Positions 9,710 through 18,071 of a DNA stretch of 35,380 nucleotides are shown here, one piece after another. The DNA is from Promethearchaeota archaeon. GTDB taxonomy: Archaea; Asgardarchaeota; Lokiarchaeia; Sigyniarchaeales; SOKP01. The notes below the pieces were generated by a model. It searched no databases. It was not told where the DNA came from and worked only from the letters and a program-made list of their open reading frames with translations. Position 1 is the first letter of the stretch. The number at the start of each line of letters is the position of its first letter. Made by a program: the position numbers and the translations under genes. The stretch is from assembly GCA_048937405.1 (NCBI GenBank), contig JBHLNF010000022.1, positions 1-35,380 of the forward strand, in the 5' to 3' direction.

Positions 9710-9967
9710 TAGTGATAGAAAATCCTTTTACTTTAAAAATATCTATAAAATAATTCTATTATATTAGATTTTTGATTCTATATTTTGGAACAAAAATCGA
9801 TGTCGATAGCTGTATTCGATAAGGTAATGTAGTAATAAGTTATTGGTTTTATTGTTCTATTTCTATAATAGAATTTGAGTCCTGAGATTTTAAATTATTT
9901 TGCTGGATGTATTAAAGCTCAACATCGTTTTTAGGGATGCTTGGACAAAAGTGTCGATCACTATAAT

Positions 9968-9983
9968 GAAAAAAGTATATAAA
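9968..9983 (+). promoter_or_regulatory. Canonical BRE-TATA candidate upstream of the TFB paralog
   Basis: Purine-rich GAAAAAAG immediately followed by TATATAAA. Confidence 0.45.
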
Positions 9984-10106
9984 ATTTGAAAAACTCACAT
10001 TTGAATTTCATCGCTAGAGTGCTTCTCCTCATAATCTAGTAATTTGAAGAAAAGGTTTAAAAGCGAAACTCCTACCTTATATTTTTTAGGTTAATTAAAA
10101 AGAATA

Positions 10107-11360
10107 GTGATCAGAACATTGGCAACTTATAAATCTTTTAATGAAAATAGTTTATCTTCAACAGATTCCACTTTAAAGTGTGATATTTGTGGTTCTCATA
10201 ATATTATTGAGACAAGAGAGGGCTATGTATGCCATGATTGTGGGATTGAATTGAAAATTCAAAAACTACAATATGATAAACCGTATAATGAAGACTTAAT
10301 CCAATATGCAAAGGGTTTAGGTCGAACTCAGATAGGTACAAGACGAGAAAGGGTATCTTCCCCCCGTTCTATCAGATTACAAAGGTTGAATAAATATAAC
10401 TCAATAGTCACATCAAAGAAAAGTATACTTGAATCAGCTCGATCTGAGATCAATAGATTATTTGGTGCTCTAAATTTATCAGAATACATTGACATTAAGG
10501 AAATGGTTCTTGAGAAGTTTAAGAGAGTACATTCTGAAATAAGAACAGGATCAAAATATAGAAACATAGAAAAATTAGTTTCAATATTAATATATATTTG
10601 CCTTAAGCTTAGAAATGTCTCTATTAATCTAAATAAGTTAATTGATTCTGCGAAAATAACAAGAAAGGAATTTAATGACTTTATCTTACAATTAAGAAGA
10701 TATTTACCTGAATATGATGGACGTAATAGACAATCATATATCCTTCAAAGAATTTCTGAAGTCATGCAATGTTTTGATTTAGGAATGCCTTTATATTTTC
10801 TTTCAAAGAAAATACTCTATCGACTCTGGCAGGTTATTAAAAACACAACTGATGATGTCATCGCAGGATTAGTAAGTTCTATCGCTGTATTATGTACTTG
10901 CAAAGAAAAGGTTAGTATTAGTTCGATATGCAATCGTTTGGGTATCAGGATGAGTACAATCCAAGCACAAGTGAAGAAAAATCTCTTCGATCGGTTTAAA
11001 GTTAAAGGATTTACAACCTTAGTGAAATCATCTAAAGTATTGATTATCATTATGGAAAAACTGGATATACTTAAACCTCAAGAGTCGGAATTAGAAGAAA
11101 ATCAGAAATGTACTCCTTCAGAGGGGAATGTAGAGTTAGTTCTGGGAAATGCTAAGGAAATTTTTAATGTTCATAATAAGAAAGATTATTATTATTTTGC
11201 CATAAGAGAAAATAATACAGTTCCTCTGGGTATTTCAATAAAAATTAATAAGAGCCCTTTAAGTTATATAGATCAGAAACAAACAGAGATTTATCATAAA
11301 CCTTTAATGGAGTTTATAATTCATCAATATTACAGAGAAAAAGATCCTCCAAGTTTCTAA
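10107..11360 (+). CDS. Divergent TFB/TFIIB-family transcription initiation factor paralog with C-terminal extension
   Basis: N-terminal Zn ribbon CDICGS..IIETREGYVCHDCG; TQIG..RE..RLQRLN linker; two cyclin-like helical repeats; HTH-like ISSICNRLGIRMSTIQ. Confidence 0.8.
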   Translation: MIRTLATYKSFNENSLSSTDSTLKCDICGSHNIIETREGYVCHDCGIELKIQKLQYDKPYNEDLIQYAKGLGRTQIGTRRERVSSPRSIRLQRLNKYNSIVTSKKSILESARSEINRLFGALNLSEYIDIKEMVLEKFKRVHSEIRTGSKYRNIEKLVSILIYICLKLRNVSINLNKLIDSAKITRKEFNDFILQLRRYLPEYDGRNRQSYILQRISEVMQCFDLGMPLYFLSKKILYRLWQVIKNTTDDVIAGLVSSIAVLCTCKEKVSISSICNRLGIRMSTIQAQVKKNLFDRFKVKGFTTLVKSSKVLIIIMEKLDILKPQESELEENQKCTPSEGNVELVLGNAKEIFNVHNKKDYYYFAIRENNTVPLGISIKINKSPLSYIDQKQTEIYHKPLMEFIIHQYYREKDPPSF

Positions 11361-11453
11361 TCTTTACTTGAAATATAATTTTTAGTTTTCAATTTTTATT
11401 TTTTTTTGTTCTTTCTCTTTTATAATTTCGTGTTGTATTTATTCCTTATTTTC

Positions 11454-11482
11454 AGATTTCAATTTTTTCTTTTAAATACTCT
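11454..11482 (+). promoter_or_regulatory. Conserved upstream motif AGATTTCAATTTTTTCTTTTAAATACTCT
   Basis: 26/29 identical to 18030-18057; contains TATA-like TTTAAATA. Confidence 0.65.
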
Positions 11483-11525
11483 TGTAATAATTGTAGATAA
11501 CACTTTTTATATTTGTGAGAAATGA

Positions 11526-14486
11526 ATGAAAGGAAAAAAAGATAAGATATTTTGTTTAATTTTACTATTAATATCTCTAAACGTGATTATTTCATTAAGT
11601 AATGAAAACCCTTCTAAGGCTAGGAAAAATTTTACTTATGGAAAAGGTTCAAGTAATACTGAGGATCTTTACATATCAATAGGAAGTAATAGTGATATTA
11701 TAGAATCTGTCTTTGACGCTAAAATCCAAGATTATGATAATAACGGCTATTATACTCAGATATATGAACCTTCTTTACAGGCTACTTACTATGGATTGTA
11801 TACTCTCAATGCTATTGGAAAACTTTACACTATTAATAAGACAACTGTAATAAACTATATTTTAACTCACTATGATTCATATTCACATCGGTTTATGGAC
11901 TCACTATCAGATAGATATCTTCACACAGACAGTTCTCGAGATTGGAATTATCCTTTTAGTAGTACATTGGAAACTACTTGTTATGCCACTCTTTCCTTGG
12001 AATTACTTGATTCTTTAAGTTTTATAGATACTCAAGATATTGTTGATTATATCTGGAGTTGTTATAATACTGATACCAGTGGATTTATTGGACAACCATA
12101 TGACTCATCACTTCCATCTTTATTTAAAATTTCTACAATGGATAACACATTCTTTGCAGTATTTACTTTAGATATGCTAATTGATGATTGGTTAATGTAC
12201 ATATCTCAAAAGAATGAGATAATCCAATTTGTTAATGATTTGCAAGTGAGTGGTAATTCATGGCAAACTGGGGGATTTTTTAATGATTATTATACAAATT
12301 TTGATTCGCTTCTACCTTTTTGGGAACCTAATTTATTAAGTTCATTTTATAGTATTAAAACACTAGAAATATTTGGAATGGAAGATATTATCAATATACC
12401 TAATTTTCATAAATTTCTCAATAACTCATACGATTCATTTCTAAACTACTTTCATATTAGTCCATTTGAAGTTTCAGAAAATCAGTGTAATATCGTTGGA
12501 ACTGCTCTAGGATTAGAGCTTTCTGATATTACAGATTTCACTGATTTTGATCGAGCAGATGTAATAAACTTTATTCTTTCAAACCGAAATTCATTTGGAT
12601 GTTGGGATCAATCTACAACAATTACTCATCATGAATTAATTGATACTTTTCAAATTATTCGTTCTTTACAAAATTCTGGAGTTATTTCCCAATTAACATT
12701 AACAGAAAAAAATCAGATTGGAAATGCTACTGACTTATTTGTTCAGGAAAATGGATATTCTCTAATTTCCGAAGATTATACCTCAATGAATCTTGTTAAC
12801 ACAATAATTCGTTCTTTTGAGTTATATGGAAGATTGGCAGATATTGATATTGAAGGTTTATATTCTAATATAAAGAATTCATACACAGAAAATTATCAGG
12901 AAGTCTTTACTAACTCCTTTATTGCATATTTAGAAAAAGTTGAAGATTTAGCAGGACTACGTTCTTCTCCAATAGAATTCTATTCTAACAAAAGTATAAT
13001 TCATTCTCATAAAACTACATATCATGCTTTAGATTCATTGAAAAGAATTTATAAATTAGACGATTTTCTAAATGATATTGATAAAGATGAATTAATCTCT
13101 GATATTGTAGCTACTCAATTTTTAAATGAATCTTATTATGAAACTTACGGAGCCTTTTCTCTATACTGGCCATATAACTCTTATTATTCATCATCGTTCA
13201 TAAATTCAAATATTCTTTTTGAACATTCATATTATGCAATTAAATGCTTAGAGTTAATTTCGTATGAATTAGGCTTAGGAAATATGTCTAGTTTAGGTGT
13301 TAATACACTTGCATTATATAATTATATCGAAAGAAATACTGTTGAGAGCCCAACGGTGCTCTATGTTGACCCTTTATATACCAACAATGTTGAAACAATT
13401 TTGGAATATACCTACTACATGATATACTTATTAAAAACTCTTAATATGTACAATAAGAATAATCAAAAAATAATAACGTACGTTGAAGCAAATTTAAACT
13501 ATAGTAATATTAAAAATATCTATTTTAGTTATAAAATTTCAGAAATACTAAATATCGATATTGAATTCGATAGACAATCTACTCAGCAACTAGTACAAGA
13601 TATTTATTCTGAACAATATAATGAATTTTACTGTACTCCAAATAAGAAAGTAAAAAGTCATGAAAATTTTTATTATATTTGTTATTTGGCTCGTAATAGT
13701 GAAATTGGAATTACAGCTACTTATTCTTCTATCATTGATTTAGGAAGTTATAACCATATTGAAGTTTCATTAGATAATATGATATTACAAGATTTTGGTA
13801 CTTATCTTACCTTTAAATTTGATTGTAATCAATTAGGTACTTATTTATTCTCAGAACAACCAGATGGAACTCATATAGCAGATATTCTAATACCATATGA
13901 TTCTTTATGTTATCCTCTTATTGATGGATATTTACGGGCTTATGAAGGGGCTCTGGTAAAAGCCGAACAATATATTTCCTTTGAAACTAACTACACACTC
14001 GAGCACGATCTTACTATTCAGGATGATGAAAAATCATTAAATATCATATTGAACGCTTCTATTTTGAGTAATGGAATATACTATCCCTTAAATTCTCCAA
14101 ATGCATTTTGTGAAATCTACTTAAATGATTCTTTTGTAAGTTTATTGATATTTTCTCATCAAAATTTTACTCACTATAATTTATTTACTTTAAATTATGA
14201 TTATATAAACGATACAAAATATGTTTTTCAAATATTTCTAGAGGATGGAATATCAAACTCTACTCAGTTTATCGAAGAAACCATATTTAATACTACTAAT
14301 CCTAGAGATCCAAAAGATTCCGATCCAGATAACCCCTCTGATGATCCTCCAAATCCAGATATTAAAGAAAAATATGAGAGAGAAATTCAAATTGCTATAC
14401 TACTTGCTATAATTTTTCTTACAACTCCAGGAATTGTTGTTTTTTCATCTCGAAAATTAAAAAAAATTCATAATTTCAAGACCTAA
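11526..14486 (+). CDS. Large secreted, membrane-anchored protein with prenyltransferase/squalene-cyclase-like alpha/alpha repeats
   Basis: N-terminal signal/TM; recurring S/T-L-x-x-T-Y/F-Y-A..L..L repeats with GF/GGF turns; beta-rich C-terminal region; Pro/Asp linker; C-terminal TM plus basic tail. Confidence 0.7.
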   Translation: MKGKKDKIFCLILLLISLNVIISLSNENPSKARKNFTYGKGSSNTEDLYISIGSNSDIIESVFDAKIQDYDNNGYYTQIYEPSLQATYYGLYTLNAIGKLYTINKTTVINYILTHYDSYSHRFMDSLSDRYLHTDSSRDWNYPFSSTLETTCYATLSLELLDSLSFIDTQDIVDYIWSCYNTDTSGFIGQPYDSSLPSLFKISTMDNTFFAVFTLDMLIDDWLMYISQKNEIIQFVNDLQVSGNSWQTGGFFNDYYTNFDSLLPFWEPNLLSSFYSIKTLEIFGMEDIINIPNFHKFLNNSYDSFLNYFHISPFEVSENQCNIVGTALGLELSDITDFTDFDRADVINFILSNRNSFGCWDQSTTITHHELIDTFQIIRSLQNSGVISQLTLTEKNQIGNATDLFVQENGYSLISEDYTSMNLVNTIIRSFELYGRLADIDIEGLYSNIKNSYTENYQEVFTNSFIAYLEKVEDLAGLRSSPIEFYSNKSIIHSHKTTYHALDSLKRIYKLDDFLNDIDKDELISDIVATQFLNESYYETYGAFSLYWPYNSYYSSSFINSNILFEHSYYAIKCLELISYELGLGNMSSLGVNTLALYNYIERNTVESPTVLYVDPLYTNNVETILEYTYYMIYLLKTLNMYNKNNQKIITYVEANLNYSNIKNIYFSYKISEILNIDIEFDRQSTQQLVQDIYSEQYNEFYCTPNKKVKSHENFYYICYLARNSEIGITATYSSIIDLGSYNHIEVSLDNMILQDFGTYLTFKFDCNQLGTYLFSEQPDGTHIADILIPYDSLCYPLIDGYLRAYEGALVKAEQYISFETNYTLEHDLTIQDDEKSLNIILNASILSNGIYYPLNSPNAFCEIYLNDSFVSLLIFSHQNFTHYNLFTLNYDYINDTKYVFQIFLEDGISNSTQFIEETIFNTTNPRDPKDSDPDNPSDDPPNPDIKEKYEREIQIAILLAIIFLTTPGIVVFSSRKLKKIHNFKT

Positions 14487-14536
14487 TTTTTTCTTTAAAT
14501 TTTTTCTTTTTATTCTTGTAAAAAATCTATCTTCTA

Positions 14537-15139
14537 ATGATATTATCTTCAGATTTAACAAAGTTTAATAATACAAATAGAGAGCAATTTCATAAATTTC
14601 TTCAGATATTTGATCAAATAATAGATATTTTAAAAGGATTTGAAGATAACTATGAAAAAAAACTAAATTTCACTAAATTGGTTAAGATTATAAATATTCC
14701 AGATATCTATACTGATAAAATAATTTCTTTAATTTTAAAAAGTCAGCAAATTTTCCATAACATATTTCTGGAATATAATTTGGAGAAAAAAAAAGAAAAT
14801 TCAATACTCTATCTAATTGCTGAAAAAAAAATACCAGATATAATCATATTTACTTCGTTTGAGATAAGTCATTATAATGATATAATTTACACATTTAAGT
14901 ACATTAATCGGGGAAAAGGATTTGATATTTCGAAGAATGGTACAGAATTTCTGTATAATCTCAAATTATTAAATTCAAAGCATCCCTTTCTATTTGAGAT
15001 AAAAGATAACGGGTTAATTTATCCTTCTCGTTTTGGTATGGAGTTAGGGGATTTGATTATATCTTATAATAAGGGAAATAAAAAGATAACCCACTTATTT
15101 ATTGAAAATCACAGAATACTGGTGAAAGATGATGAGTGA
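14537..15139 (+). CDS. Hypothetical protein (possibly winged-helix), overlapping the helicase start
   Basis: 200-aa ORF overlapping the next start by 11 nt; IYPSRFGMELG resembles a wHTH wing. Confidence 0.65.
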   Translation: MILSSDLTKFNNTNREQFHKFLQIFDQIIDILKGFEDNYEKKLNFTKLVKIINIPDIYTDKIISLILKSQQIFHNIFLEYNLEKKKENSILYLIAEKKIPDIIIFTSFEISHYNDIIYTFKYINRGKGFDISKNGTEFLYNLKLLNSKHPFLFEIKDNGLIYPSRFGMELGDLIISYNKGNKKITHLFIENHRILVKDDE

Positions 15140-17279
15140 TATAAAAGAAGATAAAAATCGTAATGAACAAGTACTAAATTATCAGGGTCTTGAAATAAGG
15201 AAATATCAGATAAAAATAGCTGAATCCTGTAAAGATAGAAATTCCTTAGTAGTATTACCTACTGGACTTGGAAAAACAATCATCGCAGTGCTTGTTACTA
15301 ATAAAATACTTCAAACCGTGCCCTCTAATAGTAAAATAATTATACTTGCTCCTACACGTCCTTTAATAAATCAACACTATGAGACATTTTTGCATTTTTT
15401 ACATATTTCTGACAATAAATTTGCAGTATTGACTGGTAAAACTCTTCCCGCTAATAGAATTAATATATTTAATAAAGGACAAATCTTATTTTTCACACCT
15501 CAAACCTTAAGAAATGATCTTGTGAATAAAAGATATACTTTGAAAGAGGTAGCATTAATCATTCTTGATGAAGCGCATCATTCTTCAGGAGATTATCCTT
15601 ATACTATGATTGCTGATGAATATGTCCTTAGTAACCAGGATGGGATTATTTTAGCACTTACAGCATCACCAGGTGCATCAAAAAAAAAGATCAATAAATT
15701 ATGCGAAAACTTACATATTCCTATTAAGAATATCCATATACGGACGAGAAGAGATGAGGACGTAAAAGATCATCTTAATAAAATAAACATTTATAAAATA
15801 GGTGTAGATTTGAATATTTTTATGGAAGATATCTATAAAATTATTACTTATATTTTAGAAGAAAGACTCCATTATCTTTCACATTTAAATTTTCTAGAAG
15901 CAAAAGGGGAGAACCTTCATGAAAAAATTATTCGCAAAGATTTAATTAAATTAAATGGAGAATTAGTAGAACTATTAAAAAGCAATGGTGATAAGACCGG
16001 AATTTATAGTGCTATATCTATTAATGCTCAAGCACTTATTCTATATCATATGCTTGAGTTGGTAGAACAACAAGGATTAGATAGTCTTTTAGATTATCTT
16101 ATTAAGTTATATAAAGACTCTAAAAAAAAAAATAGCTCTAAGGCTACACGCGTTTTAACATCAGATCATAAATTGTATAATATCTATTTAGAATTAAAAA
16201 AAAAAGCAGAATATTCCCCTGAATCTCTTATTCATCCAAAATATCCAATATTAAAAAAAATTCTCATTGAGGAATTAGACAAAAAGCCCCATTCACGCAT
16301 TCTGGTATTTACAAAACTTCGAAATTCTGTAAATAGTATTGTGAAAAAATTAGAAAAAACAATTGGTATAAAACCAGTAAGATTTGTAGGTCAAACAACA
16401 AAATCGTCAAATGATAAAGGTCTATCCCAAAAAAGGCAAATTGAAATATTAAATTTATTTAAACAAGGTTATTACAATGTTCTAGTAGCTACGAATGTGG
16501 GTGAAGAAGGATTGGATATCGCTGAATGTGATCTTGTGGTATTTTATGATGTCGTTGCTTCAGAAATCCGATATATCCAACGTAAAGGACGAACAGCTCG
16601 ACACCGTGAGGGAAAGGTGATTATTCTCTATAGTAAAAAGACACAAGATGAAATTTATCTTAGAATTGTTTTAAACAAACTTAAAAGAATGAATTCCAAC
16701 CTGAAAGAACCCAAACAATTAAATAACTCGCATGAGAAAAAGTATAGACTAAAAGATAAGGATTTAGTTGAAACATTAACCAAAGAAAATCCACAGGAGA
16801 AAAAAATAGATAACAAAAAAAATCTTCAAAATAAAATATCAAGAAACCAGCAGCAATCAAAACTCACGTCATATATGCAAAATAACACTAATAAGGAGAG
16901 TTTAATTAAACTCAGTAAATATTTCCCAATGAATTTTGGTTTAAGAAAAAAACTCCATAAAGATAATTTGAATTTTGATATTGTTGAGTCTAATCTTCAT
17001 GTTCTTATTAATAACAAAGTACTGATTCAGATTTACAAACCCACGATTATCCAAAATGTCCCATTTTTAAAAGAGGTTGAAAAATTTAAGCAAATCTCTT
17101 CATTGTTAATTATTATATTCGATTTTACGGATTATAAAGAAAAAGTTGAAGGAGAAAAGAGGATCTATAAGAGACAACTTCAAGAATTAGGATTTTCTCA
17201 TAATTTTCAAGTAATAGTAATAGATAATGAGGAGGAAATTTATTTCATAATAAAAAATATCTTAGAAGCATCAAAATAG
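15129..17279 (+). CDS. hef: Hef/FANCM-family (ERCC4-like) SF2 helicase with degenerate C-terminal nuclease-like domain
   Basis: RKYQ, LPTGLGKT, LAPTRPLINQH, TPQ, DEAHH, LTASPG, RFVGQ, GLSQKRQ, GEEGLDI, QRKGRTAR. Confidence 0.9.
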   Translation: MMSDIKEDKNRNEQVLNYQGLEIRKYQIKIAESCKDRNSLVVLPTGLGKTIIAVLVTNKILQTVPSNSKIIILAPTRPLINQHYETFLHFLHISDNKFAVLTGKTLPANRINIFNKGQILFFTPQTLRNDLVNKRYTLKEVALIILDEAHHSSGDYPYTMIADEYVLSNQDGIILALTASPGASKKKINKLCENLHIPIKNIHIRTRRDEDVKDHLNKINIYKIGVDLNIFMEDIYKIITYILEERLHYLSHLNFLEAKGENLHEKIIRKDLIKLNGELVELLKSNGDKTGIYSAISINAQALILYHMLELVEQQGLDSLLDYLIKLYKDSKKKNSSKATRVLTSDHKLYNIYLELKKKAEYSPESLIHPKYPILKKILIEELDKKPHSRILVFTKLRNSVNSIVKKLEKTIGIKPVRFVGQTTKSSNDKGLSQKRQIEILNLFKQGYYNVLVATNVGEEGLDIAECDLVVFYDVVASEIRYIQRKGRTARHREGKVIILYSKKTQDEIYLRIVLNKLKRMNSNLKEPKQLNNSHEKKYRLKDKDLVETLTKENPQEKKIDNKKNLQNKISRNQQQSKLTSYMQNNTNKESLIKLSKYFPMNFGLRKKLHKDNLNFDIVESNLHVLINNKVLIQIYKPTIIQNVPFLKEVEKFKQISSLLIIIFDFTDYKEKVEGEKRIYKRQLQELGFSHNFQVIVIDNEEEIYFIIKNILEASK

Positions 17280-17289
17280 GAATAAGGAA

Positions 17290-17832
17290 TTGAAAATTAT
17301 GAAAGATGTAAGATGGAAAAGAGATAAAACACCTTATATTGTATTTGCATGTTCAAAATGCAAGCAATTTATGTATGCAAAACAAACTCAAAAGTCAAAA
17401 AAATGTTTACGATGTGGTTTAACCCATAAGATACCGAATTTATTAAGTAGCAAAGACATCATACATGGAATGACTAACGCAGTTGAAAGAGTAAAAGAAA
17501 AACAACATGAATTAGCAATACAAGAAACAGGATCCGCTCCAGAATTTAGTTCTTTTGGTGATTTTAAAATTCAGAAACGAAAGGAGCCGATAAATAAAGA
17601 AATGATATTAATGGATAGTGAAAGTGAATACATTAGGAAATTCAATAAAATGCTAATGAATATGGAAGAAATCTATACTAAAGTTCCTTATTACGTATTC
17701 GAGATTTTTGCTGAAAATTATGCTATTCCAGAATCAGAGTTAAATTTCTTAATTCATCTATTTCAGAAAAAAGGAGTTTTGATAAAAAAAGGAATGCATT
17801 ATTTTATTAATCTGTACAAAGATCAATTCTAA
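17290..17832 (+). CDS. DUF1922-like Zn-ribbon protein with C-terminal winged-helix-like domain
   Basis: YIVFACSKCKQFMYAK...KKCLRCG; C-terminal LIHLFQKKGVLI. Confidence 0.65.
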   Translation: MKIMKDVRWKRDKTPYIVFACSKCKQFMYAKQTQKSKKCLRCGLTHKIPNLLSSKDIIHGMTNAVERVKEKQHELAIQETGSAPEFSSFGDFKIQKRKEPINKEMILMDSESEYIRKFNKMLMNMEEIYTKVPYYVFEIFAENYAIPESELNFLIHLFQKKGVLIKKGMHYFINLYKDQF

Positions 17833-18029
17833 AGATTCTTACTCTTTCATTTTGTTCCAAAATCATACAAAATGTTAATTCTTAAAATATTTTTCATTTA
17901 TAAGTAAAAAGCGAATTCTTTCAGCATTATATGTGTTTGTTCCTTAAAGGAAAAATAGTTAAAGTTGGAAGTTTTTGATTTAATGTAATCAGATTTCAGG
18001 GTATTCTTATGTTATTTTTTTCTATATAT

Positions 18030-18057
18030 AGATTTGATTTTTTTCTTTAAATACTCT
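18030..18057 (+). promoter_or_regulatory. Conserved upstream motif AGATTTGATTTTTTTCTTTAAATACTCT
   Basis: Near-identical to 11454-11482; TATA-like TTTAAATA at 18046-18053, about 27 nt before the ATG at 18081. Confidence 0.65.
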
Positions 18058-18071
18058 AAAATTACTATATT

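Noticed and set aside
10328-11050. Minus-strand ORFs 10328-10567 and 10817-11050
   Set aside because: Antisense shadows of the TFB paralog.
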